Origin: Alphaproteobacteria bacterium
GTDB taxonomy: Bacteria; Pseudomonadota; Alphaproteobacteria; HIMB59; GCA-002718135
Direction: 5' to 3'
Length of the DNA: 64,000 bases
Assembly (NCBI GenBank): GCA_045560915.1
Contig: JBJKYT010000050.1
Span: forward strand, 9,926-73,925
Every line of letters starts with the position of its first letter. Positions within the stretch are counted from its first letter, which is position 1. Positions 9,461 to 23,188 of this stretch are shown here, piece by piece. The translations under genes and the position numbers were made by a program. The notes under the pieces are model-generated. The model was not told the DNA's origin. It searched no databases and was given only the letters and a program-made list of their open reading frames with translations.

Positions 9461-9463
9461 TTT

Positions 9464-10183
9464 ATGGAAGAAGTTAACATCGCATCAGAAATAGCATCAG
9501 GTTCAGTAGACTTTTCTTTTTTCACACTTTTTTTAAGAGCTGACTGGGTTGTTAAATCAGTAATAATTGTTTTAATTTTATCTTCTATATATTCTTGGAA
9601 TATTATTGTTGGTAAAATTATTAGAATAAATAGATTAAAAAAATTAGATGAGGAATTTGATGAAATTTTTTGGTCTGGTAATTCTTTTCATGATTTATAC
9701 GAAACATTTAATTATAATCAGTCAGACCCTAAATCTAAAATATTTTGTTCAGCAATTGCAGAATGGAAAAAAACCAATGCAGATACAAAAAACCTTAAAC
9801 CTGAAGAATTAAATTCTTTAAAAGAGAGAATGTTAAGAACAATGCACGTTACATTTAATAAAGAATCTGAAAATATAGAAAAAAATCTAACCTTTTTAGC
9901 AACTGCAGGATCAACTGCTCCTTTTATTGGTCTTTTTGGTACGGTTTGGGGAATTATGAATAGCTTTCAATCGATAGCTATTGCACAAAACACAAATTTA
10001 GCTGTTGTTGCTCCAGGAATAGCTGAAGCTTTGTTTGCTACAGCTCTAGGTTTATTTGTCGCTATTCCTGCAGTAGTGGCTTACAACAAAATTTCTAGTG
10101 ACTTATCTAAATATTTTATATCATTAGAAACTTTCATAGATGAATTTACAACAATCTTTTTTCGTCAACTAGAAAATAAATAA
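9464..10183 (+). CDS. tolQ: Tol-Pal system protein TolQ
   Basis: 239 aa. MotA/TolQ/ExbB motif LATAGSTAPFIGLFGTVWGIM and three TM segments. Confidence 0.93.
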   Translation: MEEVNIASEIASGSVDFSFFTLFLRADWVVKSVIIVLILSSIYSWNIIVGKIIRINRLKKLDEEFDEIFWSGNSFHDLYETFNYNQSDPKSKIFCSAIAEWKKTNADTKNLKPEELNSLKERMLRTMHVTFNKESENIEKNLTFLATAGSTAPFIGLFGTVWGIMNSFQSIAIAQNTNLAVVAPGIAEALFATALGLFVAIPAVVAYNKISSDLSKYFISLETFIDEFTTIFFRQLENK

Positions 10184-10184
10184 T

Positions 10185-10613
10185 TTGCAAACATTTAATC
10201 AAAAAAATTCGAGAAGAACAAAAAGATATTCTCAAATGAGTGAAATTAATGTCACTCCATTTGTTGACGTTATGCTTGTATTACTAATAGTTTTTATGGT
10301 TACAGCGCCCTTACTAACTGTTGGCATTCCTGTGGATTTACCTAAAGTTAAAGCTGATGCATTAACAGATCAAAAAGATCCTATAGAAATTACAGTTAAG
10401 CTTGATGGTTTAATTTATTTAGGAGAATCAGAAGTAGAAATTGAAAATTTAATACCTAGACTTAATGCTATAACTGATCAAAATACAGAAGCTAGAATTT
10501 ATGTTAGAGGTGATAGAGTGGTTGCTTACGGAAGGGTAATGGAAATAATGTCAATAATAAATTCTGCAGGCTATATAAAGGTAGCTTTAGTTGCACAAAA
10601 TCCTAGTGATTAA
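10185..10613 (+). CDS. tolR: Tol-Pal system protein TolR
   Basis: Contains the SEINVTPFVDVMLVLLIVFMV ExbD/TolR signature. The start is either TTG 10185 or ATG 10233. Confidence 0.9.
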   Translation: MQTFNQKNSRRTKRYSQMSEINVTPFVDVMLVLLIVFMVTAPLLTVGIPVDLPKVKADALTDQKDPIEITVKLDGLIYLGESEVEIENLIPRLNAITDQNTEARIYVRGDRVVAYGRVMEIMSIINSAGYIKVALVAQNPSD

Positions 10614-10616
10614 TAA

Positions 10617-11648
10617 ATGAATCAGTTTGTTGAAAAATACAGCAAGGTTTTATATTTTTTTGAAAATGTCAGAAGCGATTATTTAGGATTTTCTTTTTCT
10701 TTTTTTTTACACTTTGCTATTTTGTTGTTTGCTATTGGTATTCCAAACTTTTTTGAACCAAAGCCTATATATATACCTACAATTATTCCAATAGAGATTA
10801 TAAATGTTTCAGAAACTACTTCTATACCCAAAGAAGTAAAAGATATTAAACCCTCAGAATCTAAACAGGTTCAAATAAAAGAAAAAAAATTTAATTCATC
10901 AGAAACTCAAGAAATTAAAAAAATCGAAATAAAAGATAAGCCAAAAGTTAAAAATATTGAAGATGAAAAAAACATTAATATTAAAGAAGATGTTGAGATA
11001 AAAGAAAAAAAAACAATACCTAACGAGATAATAAAAAAAAAGATAGAACTTGAGACAACTAATTTTGAGAGCTTGCCTACAGAGAAAATAAAACCAAAGC
11101 TAAAACCTAAAATTAAACCTAAAATTATAGAAGATAATACAAAAACAGATGTATCCATAGAAGCAAAACCAAAACCAAAACCAAAACCTGAATTTGATAT
11201 AGCATCCATGTTAAAAGATTTAAGAAATGAAAAAACTACTCCAAAAGTAGATAATATTAATGAAGAAGAAGAAAAAGATATAATTAAAAAAGAAACTCAA
11301 GAGGTTGTAGAAGAAAAGGGAGCAGAACTATCTATAAGTGAAATAGATCTTGTTTTACAACAACTATCAAGATGTTTCATTGCTCCGGCTGGAGCTGAAA
11401 TAAATAAATCAATGTATGTTAAAATTTCAGCTAAAATTCAACGAAATAGAAGGGTTTTGAAGAATTCTATTCGTATTGTTGACACAAATATATCTAAAAG
11501 TAGTACTGTATATGGACCTATTACAGAAAGCGCTATGAGAACTCTACTTAATCCAGATTGCATTCCATTAAAACTTCCTGAAAATAAATATGAATTATGG
11601 AAAAATTTAACCATGAAGTTTGATTATAGTATAATGAGAGGCAATTAA
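10617..11648 (+). CDS. tolA: TolA-like envelope-spanning protein
   Basis: N-terminal TM segment, a long K/E/P/I-rich low-complexity linker with KP repeats, a globular C-terminal domain, and the position between tolR and tolB. Confidence 0.8.
   Translation: MNQFVEKYSKVLYFFENVRSDYLGFSFSFFLHFAILLFAIGIPNFFEPKPIYIPTIIPIEIINVSETTSIPKEVKDIKPSESKQVQIKEKKFNSSETQEIKKIEIKDKPKVKNIEDEKNINIKEDVEIKEKKTIPNEIIKKKIELETTNFESLPTEKIKPKLKPKIKPKIIEDNTKTDVSIEAKPKPKPKPEFDIASMLKDLRNEKTTPKVDNINEEEEKDIIKKETQEVVEEKGAELSISEIDLVLQQLSRCFIAPAGAEINKSMYVKISAKIQRNRRVLKNSIRIVDTNISKSSTVYGPITESAMRTLLNPDCIPLKLPENKYELWKNLTMKFDYSIMRGN
11091..11189 (+). repeat. In-frame short tandem repeats encoding (K-P-K-x)n within the TolA linker
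   Basis: AAACCTAAAATT x2 at 11103-11126 and AAACCA/AAACCT x4 at 11166-11189, read directly from the sequence. Confidence 0.85.
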
Positions 11649-11650
11649 AA

Positions 11651-12970
11651 ATGCGAAAATTTTTATTTTTTTTCATTACGATTATCTTGTTTAATAACAA
11701 AGTTTTATCTTTGGATTTAACAATTACTCAAGGAAGTATTAAACCTACTCCAATAGCCATAAGTAACTTTTTTTCCTCTACTGACTCAACATTTAGGATA
11801 GGTAAAGATATTTCAATGGTTATTTCAGATAATTTAGAACGCTCTGGTTTGTTTTTACCAATAGATCAAAAAGCTTTTATACAAAGCTCTAAGTCTTTAG
11901 CTCAAGGTCCTAGATTTGAAGATTGGAAAGTAATTAAATCTCAGCATCTTGTATCTGGCAAGATTAATAAAAAAGGAGACAAAATATCAGTAGAGTTTAG
12001 ATTATATGATGTTTTTGCTCAAAAAGAATTAATAGGCAAAAAGTATGAAACAACAGAAAAAAATTGGAGAAGAGTTTCTCATATTATTTCTGATGCAATT
12101 TTTTCACGACTTACTGGTGACAGTGGGTATTTTGATACCCGTATTGTTTATGTAGCAGAAACTGGTCCAAAAGATAATAAACAAAAGAGACTAGCAATAA
12201 TGGATCAAGATCAAGCTAATCATCGTTTTTTAACAGATGGATCTTACTTAGTTTTAACTCCGCGATTTTCTCCAAACTCTCAAAAAATTACTTACATGTC
12301 TTATATAAAAAGAAATAATCCTAGAGTTTTTATATTTGATATTGAAACTGGGCGGCAAGAAATCGTAGGTGATTTTCCTGGAATGACATTTGCACCACGT
12401 TTTTCACCAGATGGAAAAAAAATAGTTATGTCATATGCCGATCCAAAAATTGGTAATTCTGAAATTTATATTTTAGATTTAGCAACAAGAATATCAAAAA
12501 GAATTACAAATAGTTCCGCAATAGATGTCTCTGCCAGTTTTTCTCCAGATGGAAAACAAATTGTTTTCAATTCTGATAGAAGCGGCAGAAGGCATCTATA
12601 TATTACTTCTTTAGATGGTAAAAAAATTAAACGAATAAGTAGAGAAGCTGGAAGTTACTATACGCCAGTTTGGTCTCCTAGAGGTGATTTTATAGCTTTT
12701 ACCAAACAAGAAGGAGGACAATTTTATATTGGTGTAATGGAAGTTGATGGATCAAATGAAAGAATGATTGCTAAATCATTTCATGTAGAGGGCCCTACAT
12801 GGTCCCCAAATGGAAGATATTTAATGTATTTCAAGGAAGAACGTACTGCCGAAGATGGAAGTGGAGGAGAGTCCAGCCTATATTCTATTGATTTAACTGG
12901 ATATAACGAGAGAAAAATTATTACCCCTTTAGGTGGCTCAGACCCAGCATGGTCACCATTATTACACTGA
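11651..12970 (+). CDS. tolB: Tol-Pal system beta-propeller protein TolB
   Basis: 439 aa with a signal peptide. Repeated FSPDGK / WSP.G propeller blades. Confidence 0.95.
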   Translation: MRKFLFFFITIILFNNKVLSLDLTITQGSIKPTPIAISNFFSSTDSTFRIGKDISMVISDNLERSGLFLPIDQKAFIQSSKSLAQGPRFEDWKVIKSQHLVSGKINKKGDKISVEFRLYDVFAQKELIGKKYETTEKNWRRVSHIISDAIFSRLTGDSGYFDTRIVYVAETGPKDNKQKRLAIMDQDQANHRFLTDGSYLVLTPRFSPNSQKITYMSYIKRNNPRVFIFDIETGRQEIVGDFPGMTFAPRFSPDGKKIVMSYADPKIGNSEIYILDLATRISKRITNSSAIDVSASFSPDGKQIVFNSDRSGRRHLYITSLDGKKIKRISREAGSYYTPVWSPRGDFIAFTKQEGGQFYIGVMEVDGSNERMIAKSFHVEGPTWSPNGRYLMYFKEERTAEDGSGGESSLYSIDLTGYNERKIITPLGGSDPAWSPLLH

Positions 12971-13077
12971 ATCTCAACCTTTTTTAAAAAAAAATATATG
13001 AATTATATAAAAAAATGCTATTAAATCTTAGATTTATTAGATATCAAAAAGCATAATAAGTATTAAGGGAGTTATTA

Positions 13078-13611
13078 ATGTTTTATAAGATTTTATTATC
13101 AATTTTTCTAGCAGCTTTTATATCTGCTTGTTCAACTACACCAAAAGATACAGCTGGAGCATCTGGTAGTGGTTCTTCAAGTTCTGATCCTGCTTCTGGT
13201 GATGCAGATATTCTTACTGATTTAGAAAATACAGAATTAGGTGGCCCAAATGTAGAGCCGGGTTCACAAGAGGATTTAGTAGTTAATGTTGGAGACAGAG
13301 TATTTTTTGGTTATGACAGTTCAGAATTGGATTCAGATGCAAAGGAATTACTTCAAGATCAAGTTGCATGGATTAAACAACATAATGCTTCAATTACAAT
13401 TGAAGGACATTGTGATGAGCGAGGAACTAGAGAATATAACTTAGCATTGGGTGAAAAAAGAGCTCAAGCTGTTAAAAATTATATGACAAGTTTGGGAATC
13501 TCATCTTCACAAATTTCAACAATTAGTTTTGGTAAAGAAAGACCAGCAGTAGTTGGATCAAATGACGGTGCTTGGAGCCAGAATAGAAGATCAGTTACTA
13601 CTGTCAATTAA
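13078..13611 (+). CDS. pal: Peptidoglycan-associated lipoprotein Pal (OmpA family)
   Basis: Lipobox FISAC. The OmpA-like domain has GHCDERGTREYNLALGEKRA and WSQNRR. Confidence 0.95.
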   Translation: MFYKILLSIFLAAFISACSTTPKDTAGASGSGSSSSDPASGDADILTDLENTELGGPNVEPGSQEDLVVNVGDRVFFGYDSSELDSDAKELLQDQVAWIKQHNASITIEGHCDERGTREYNLALGEKRAQAVKNYMTSLGISSSQISTISFGKERPAVVGSNDGAWSQNRRSVTTVN

Positions 13612-13631
13612 TTTAAGAACCTTAATACTAT

Positions 13632-13666
13632 AGGCGCTAATAAATAAAAAGTTAGCGCCTTATTTA
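13632..13666 (+). terminator. Rho-independent terminator-like hairpin after pal
   Basis: A 9-bp stem, AGGCGCTAA (13632-13640) pairing with TTAGCGCCT (13652-13660), followed by TATTT. It is the only GC-rich hairpin in this neighbourhood. Confidence 0.65.
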
Positions 13667-13694
13667 GAACTAATATTTAATTTAGTATTTGTTA

Positions 13695-14621
13695 ATGATT
13701 AAATATATAATTTTTTCTTTATTTCTATTTTTTTGCACTTTTAGTAATGCAGAAGATTCTTTGTTAACATTAAAACAACAATTAGATAGACTGCAAAGAG
13801 AAGTTAATGATTTATCTAAATCAGTCTTTACATCAAAAAGAGATAATTATGAGCAACAAGAAATAACGGATGATTCAACTAACGCAATAGATTTAACAGC
13901 TTTTGATTTAAGAATATACGATCTAGAAAAAGATATTAAAAAATTGAATAATAGTTTTGAGGAGTTAATTTTTCAAATTGATGATCTCAATCAATTATAT
14001 AAAGAGCTAAATATTGACCTATCTACACTTTCTTTAAAAATTGAAAATAGTATTAAAAAAAATAGTTTAGAAGAAGAAATTGATGAAAATAGTACTTTAG
14101 AAAATTCTGAAATAAAAGAAGAAAATACTTTAGGTTCTCTTGTTATTAATTCTGAAGATCTTTCTGAAAGTGAGAGCATTTCTTCAAATCAAAAAATAAA
14201 AAAGTCTGAAGATGATAGTCTTTCTAATTTAAGTCCAGAAGATCAATTTCAGCTAGCTTTTGATTTATTAAGAAACCAAAGATTTGAAGAAGCTAAAGAT
14301 TCGTTTTTGCTTTTCATTGATGAAAATACTGACAATACACTATCTGGAACTGCTCATTATTGGCTAGGCGAAATTTATTTACTTAAAAAAGAATATAGAG
14401 AAGCCGCACTAATACTTGCTGAGGGATATCAGAAATTTCCTCAAAGTATCAAAGCTCCTGATATGCTCTATAAATTATCTGAATCATTAATTTTGATTGA
14501 TAAAAAAAATGATGCTTGCTCTACTTTAATAAAATTAGATAAAGAATATCCAGATAATAAATTAAAATCAAAAGTTGCTAAAAAGGTCTCTGAATTAAAT
14601 TGCGCTATTTCTTCTGAATGA
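13695..14621 (+). CDS. cpoB: Tol-Pal system protein CpoB/YbgF (TPR)
   Basis: Signal peptide, N-terminal coiled coil, and a C-terminal TPR region (HYWLGEIYLLKKEYREAA, KAPDMLYKL). ATG 13695 is preferred over TTG 13689. Confidence 0.85.
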   Translation: MIKYIIFSLFLFFCTFSNAEDSLLTLKQQLDRLQREVNDLSKSVFTSKRDNYEQQEITDDSTNAIDLTAFDLRIYDLEKDIKKLNNSFEELIFQIDDLNQLYKELNIDLSTLSLKIENSIKKNSLEEEIDENSTLENSEIKEENTLGSLVINSEDLSESESISSNQKIKKSEDDSLSNLSPEDQFQLAFDLLRNQRFEEAKDSFLLFIDENTDNTLSGTAHYWLGEIYLLKKEYREAALILAEGYQKFPQSIKAPDMLYKLSESLILIDKKNDACSTLIKLDKEYPDNKLKSKVAKKVSELNCAISSE

Positions 14622-15577
14622 AGATTCTACAAAACTCTTTCAATCAATATTTAAATAAAAATTATTTTTTTGAAAAAAAACCTAATATTGCTGTAGCAGT
14701 ATCTGGAGGTCCTGATAGCATGTGCTTAATTCATTTATTAAATAATTGGATAAATTTAAATAGAGGAAACTTAGTTGCTTTAATTATTGATCATCAATTA
14801 AGAAAAGAATCAAAAAAAGAATCACATTTGATAAAAAATTATTTATTGAAAAATAAGATTTCTACAAAAATTATAAAGATTAATAAAAAATTAGTAATTA
14901 AAAAAAATATGAAAGAAGCAAGAGAAAATAGATATGACAAGTTAATAAAATATTGTAATCGTAAAAACATCTTTCATCTATTTTTAGCACATCATTATGA
15001 TGACAATATAGAAACTTTTTTAATTCGTAAATTATCTGGTAGTAATTTTGAAGGCCTAAGAGGAATGCAGTATAAAAATGTTAATAATTCTATTCAAATA
15101 TTAAGACCTTTATTATTTAATACTAAAAAAGAAATTTTAGAATTTAATTTAAAAAATAAAATTTATTATCTTAATGATCCTAGTAACTTAAATATTAAAT
15201 ATACTCGAGTCGCTATAAGAAACTTTTTGAATAAAAATAAAATTCTTCATAAAAAAATAAAAAAAGATTTTGAAAAAATAGAAAAAAATTATCCTATTTA
15301 TATACAAATGGTTTATGAAATTTTTAATAAAATAATTATTAAAATAAATAATAAAAATATATTAATTGAATCTGACAGATTTTTTGAACACAATAAAGAA
15401 ATTCAAGTTAAGATAGTTGAAATAATTTATAAATTTTTAATGCCAAAAAGAGAATCAATTCGATCTATAAAAATTTATAATTTATTAGAAAATTTATTAT
15501 CAAAGAAAATTGTAAAGGCTAATTTAGGTGGTATTGATATCAAAAAGGATGATTTTTCGATTAATTTTGGCCTTTAG
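14618..15577 (+). CDS. tilS: tRNA(Ile)-lysidine synthase
   Basis: PP-loop motif AVSGGPDS, plus HHYDDNIETFLIR. Overlaps cpoB by 4 nt. Confidence 0.9.
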   Translation: MKILQNSFNQYLNKNYFFEKKPNIAVAVSGGPDSMCLIHLLNNWINLNRGNLVALIIDHQLRKESKKESHLIKNYLLKNKISTKIIKINKKLVIKKNMKEARENRYDKLIKYCNRKNIFHLFLAHHYDDNIETFLIRKLSGSNFEGLRGMQYKNVNNSIQILRPLLFNTKKEILEFNLKNKIYYLNDPSNLNIKYTRVAIRNFLNKNKILHKKIKKDFEKIEKNYPIYIQMVYEIFNKIIIKINNKNILIESDRFFEHNKEIQVKIVEIIYKFLMPKRESIRSIKIYNLLENLLSKKIVKANLGGIDIKKDDFSINFGL

Positions 15578-15645
15578 AGTAAGATAATTAATATTTAGCT
15601 ATTGTGTTTTTTTAATTAATTCCTATTTATATATAACTATTAAAA

Positions 15646-17552
15646 ATGAAAAATTTCAGTAAAAATATAATACTTTGGATCATTATTGGATTGCTTTTAG
15701 TTGCTCTTTTCAATCTTTTTCAAGGTACGTCCTCCAACAGAAATGCATCAAATATCTCATTTTCTGATTTTATTGTAGCTGTAGAGTCAGGTAATGTTTC
15801 AGAAGTAAATATTAGAGGAAACAATGTTGAAGGTTATTTTGAGGATGGAAGGCCATTCACCACACCACATATTCTCCTAATTATCCTGATATGGTTGAGA
15901 AATTAAATTCAAGTGGAGTTAAAATTACAGCTGAACCGTCAGATAGAGCAATGCATCCAATTTTAAGCATCTTATTATCTTGGTTTCCAATGTTATTGTT
16001 AATTGGTGTTTGGATTTTTTTTATGCGTCAAATGCAAGGTGGTGGTGGAAAAGCGATGGGTTTTGGTAAATCTAAAGCTAAACTTTTAAATGAAGCAGTT
16101 GGTAAAGTAACCTTTGATGACGTCGCAGGCATAGATGAAGCAAAACAAGAATTGGAAGAAGTTGTTGAATTTTTAAAAGATCCTAAAAAATTTTCTAGAT
16201 TAGGTGGAAAGATTCCTACAGGGGCCTTGTTAGTTGGTCCTCCTGGAACAGGAAAAACATTACTTGCTAGAGCAATAGCAGGTGAAGCAAATGTTCCTTT
16301 CTTTTCTATATCTGGTTCTGACTTCGTGGAAATGTTTGTAGGTGTTGGAGCTAGCCGTGTTAGAGATATGTTTGAACAAGGTAAAAAGAATTCACCATGC
16401 ATTATATTTATTGACGAAATAGATGCTGTAGGCCGTCATAGAGGAGCAGGTCTAGGAGGCGGTAATGATGAAAGAGAACAAACATTAAATCAATTATTGG
16501 TTGAAATGGATGGTTTTGAAGCCAATGCAGGAGTTATTATAATAGCTGCAACAAACAGACCAGATGTTTTAGACCCTGCTTTATTACGCCCAGGAAGATT
16601 TGATAGACAAATAACAGTTTCAAATCCTGATATTATTGGAAGAGATAAAATTTTGAAAGTTCATATTAAGAAGATTAAAGTTTCTCCAAAATTTGATTCC
16701 AAAATAATAGCAAGAGGCACTCCTGGTTTTTCTGGAGCAGATTTAGCAAATTTAGTAAATGAAGCAGCATTACTTGCTTCTAGAAAAAACAAAAGACTAG
16801 TAACTTTAGAAGATTTTGAAAGTGCGAAAGATAAAGTAATGATGGGAGCAGAAAGAAGATCTATGGTTATGACAGAAGAAGAAAAAAAATTAACTGCATA
16901 TCATGAAGCTGGGCATGCTATTGCTACAATTCATTCACCTGCCTCAGATCCAATTCATAAGGCAACAATTATACCTAGGGGACGTGCATTGGGTATGGTT
17001 ATGAGATTGCCTGAAAGAGATCAAGTTTCTATGAGAAAAGATCAGATGAAAGCACATTTGTTAATTGCTACTGGAGGCAGAATAGCTGAAGAGTTAATTT
17101 TCGGAAAAGACAAAATAACAAATGGTGCAGCAAGTGATATTCAAATGGTCACTAATCTAGCAAAACGAATGATAACTGAGTGGGGCATGAGTGAAAAACT
17201 AGGTCAATTAAGATATAATAATGACAGTGAAGAAGTTTTTTTAGGCCATTCTGTTGCTCAAAGTAAAAATAATTCTGATGCCACAGCAAAGATAATTGAT
17301 GATGAAATTAGATTTTTGGCTGATGAAGCAGAATCTAATTGTCGTAAACTAATCCAAGATAATATTGAAGAACTTCATATTATTGCTAAGGGATTATTAG
17401 AATATGAGACCTTAACAGGAGATGAAATAAAAGATTTGATTAAAGGAATTAAACCAAATAGAGATGACTTTGATAATGATATTACTCCTAGTCCTACTGT
17501 ATCAACCTCCGTTCCTAAATCAGGAAATACCATTAGACCTCAGACAAATTAA
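15646..17552 (+). pseudogene. ftsH: ATP-dependent zinc metalloprotease FtsH, reading frame broken as sequenced (fragments 15646-15906 and 15891-17552)
   Basis: The N-terminal TM and periplasmic part lies in frame 1. The rest lies in frame 0 and carries Walker A GPPGTGKT, the SRH and HEAGH. The frame change maps to the tandem CACCA-CACCA-CA at 15858-15869. Total length is 1907 nt, which is 2 mod 3. Confidence 0.93.
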
Positions 17553-17596
17553 TTTAAATTTCTTCCAAATCTCTTAAATATTAAATAGAAGATATT

Positions 17597-18948
17597 GTGA
17601 AAAAAATTTTTGGCACAGATGGAATACGTTGTATAGTTAATCAAGAGCCAATGACAGCTGAAACCTGTTTAAAGATAGCAAAGACCACAGGATATTTTTT
17701 AGCAACTAATAAAAAACAAAAGAAAAAAGTTCTTATTTCAAAAGATACTAGATTATCAGGATATTTGTTTGAACCTTTGCTTACTGCAGGTTTTATTTCT
17801 ATGGGCATGGATGTAATTCTTTTAGGGCCTTTACCCACTCCTGCATTACCATATTTAATTAAAACTCTACGAGCTGATATGGGTGTAATGATAACAGCTT
17901 CACATAATACTTATGAGTATAATGGATTAAAGTTTTTTGATTCTTCGGGATCAAAAATCCTTAGAACTCTTGAAAGAAAAATAGAGTCTATAGTTTTCAA
18001 TAATACTAAATATAAAAAAATAATTAATTTAAGCTATGAATCAGGTAAGGCATTTAGATTAGAAAACGCACATTTAGAGTATTCGAAGTACTTAAAATCA
18101 ACAATCAATAAATCAATAAAAATTAAGAAATTAAAAATAGTTTTAGATTGTGCTAATGGAGCTACATATAATATTGCTCCTAATTTATTAATTGATTTAG
18201 GATGTAAAGTTATAATCATAAATGATAAGCCAAATGGTAAGAATATAAATCTAAATTGTGGTGCTGTTGATACTAAAAAACTATCAAAAAAAGTTTTATT
18301 AGCTAAAGCCGATATTGGTTTTGCTTTTGATGGCGATGGAGATAGATTAATTGTTGTGGATGAAAAAGGTAATGAAATTGATGGAGATAATATTATTGCA
18401 CTATTTGCTAGAAATTTGCTAAATTCAAAAAAACTTAAAAAAAATACAGTAGTAACAACTGTAATGTCAAATTTAGGTTTTGAAATTTATTTGAAAGAAA
18501 AATTAGGAGTAAAATTAATTAGAGAAAATGTTGGAGATATAAATGTTATTACTAATATGAAAAAAAATTCTTATAATTTGGGTGGAGAGCAATCAGGTCA
18601 TATTATACTTGGCCAATATATGAACACCGGTGATGCAATACTAGCTGCTATAAAAGTAATTGAGTTACTATTTAAAAGCAATACAAAAGCTAGTAATTTG
18701 TTTAATCTTTTTAAAAAATTTCCTCAAAATAAAAGAAACATAAAATTAAATACTGAGCTCTCTAAATTACAACGAAATAAAATTAAAAATATTTCACTTC
18801 AATATGTAAAAAAAATATAAAAATTTGAGATTTTTAATTAGAAAATCAGGTACTGAACCATTAATTAGAATATTAGTTGAAGGCAGAGAAAAATTTATAG
18901 TAAATAAAATTACAACTAAGTTAATAAAAGAATTGAAAGAGATTATTA

Positions 18949-18959
<11 letters not shown>
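17597..18959 (+). pseudogene. glmM: Phosphoglucosamine mutase GlmM, C-terminal 46 codons shifted to another frame as sequenced
   Basis: GTG start, FGTDGIRC, active-site TASHN, and GDGDR. The conserved C-terminal RKSGTEPLIRILVEG block lies in the +1 frame after the A8 run at 18808-18815. Confidence 0.92.
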
Positions 18960-22187
<3,228 letters not shown>

Positions 22188-22219
22188 AAATTTGCTAATA
22201 ACATAAATATAGAAAAAAA

Positions 22220-23188
22220 TTAATATTTTGCTATTAATTTAAGTAAATTGTTAATATCATTAGGTAAATCCTCATTAAATTCTAAATATTTTCCAGTTTT
22301 TGGATGCGTAAAACCTAAATGATAAGCATGCAAGGCTTGCCTTTCAAAATTTTGTAATATTAAAAACTTATTGTATGTTTTTGGATCTTTAGCAAATTGA
22401 TTGATTTTATTTTTACCATAAATTTTATCTCCAACAATTGAAGAGTTAATAGATGTCATATGCACACGAATCTGGTGAGTTCTTCCAGTTTCTAATTTAC
22501 ATTCTATAAGGCTGGCGATTTTAAATGATTGGATTAATTTTATTTTAGTTTTAGAGAATTTTCCTTTTTTATTTTGGTTTAAAGACATTTTTTTTCGATT
22601 TATTTTATGTCTTTCTATATACCCTTCTATTGTTTGGTCTTTTGGAATTCCCCAAACAATTGCTTTATATTTTCTAGAAATAGTATGTTTTTTAAATTGC
22701 TCTGCTAAATTGAGATGTGACTTGTTATTTTTGGCAATAACTAATAATCCACTTGTTTCTTTATCTAGACGATGAATGATTCCAGGTCTATTTTTTTCAT
22801 TTATATCACTTAGATTTTCTTTATTATAATTTAGTAAGGCATTAACTAAAGTTCCATAATTATTTCCAGGAGCAGGATGAGTGACCATTCCCGATACTTT
22901 ATTAATGACCATTAATTCACTATCTTCATAAACAATATCTAAAGGTATGTTTTCTGCTTGAAATTTAGTATCATCCAAAATCTCTAATTGTAAAATAAAA
23001 TCTTCATTTTCTTTTACTTTATATGAAGCATCTTTAAATACTTCTCCATCTTTTATTATATTCCCTTTATTAATCAAAATTTTAATTTGAGATCTAGTTA
23101 AATCTGATAACTTAGCTAATGCTTGATCTAACCTTTGCAGGTTTTGTTCTTTATTTATTACTATTTTGCGCTTATAAAACTTTTCCAT
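22220..23188 (-). CDS. rluD: 23S rRNA pseudouridine synthase RluD family
   Basis: 322 aa. S4 domain, HRLDKETSGLLV catalytic motif and GRTHQIRVH. Confidence 0.92.
   Translation of the reverse strand: MEKFYKRKIVINKEQNLQRLDQALAKLSDLTRSQIKILINKGNIIKDGEVFKDASYKVKENEDFILQLEILDDTKFQAENIPLDIVYEDSELMVINKVSGMVTHPAPGNNYGTLVNALLNYNKENLSDINEKNRPGIIHRLDKETSGLLVIAKNNKSHLNLAEQFKKHTISRKYKAIVWGIPKDQTIEGYIERHKINRKKMSLNQNKKGKFSKTKIKLIQSFKIASLIECKLETGRTHQIRVHMTSINSSIVGDKIYGKNKINQFAKDPKTYNKFLILQNFERQALHAYHLGFTHPKTGKYLEFNEDLPNDINNLLKLIAKY

Noticed and set aside
11091-11189. Tandem repeats in tolA as a CRISPR-like or intergenic repeat array
   Set aside because: The units are 6-12 nt, are in frame, and encode the Lys-Pro linker of TolA. 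There are no spacers and no cas genes.
15891-17552. A naturally split FtsH with an independent C-terminal protein starting at ATG 15891
   Set aside because: No ribosome-binding sequence precedes 15891. The frame-0 reading is already open and homologous upstream of that ATG (..TTYSPNYPD). The break coincides with a 5-bp tandem repeat, which points to a frameshift in a single gene.
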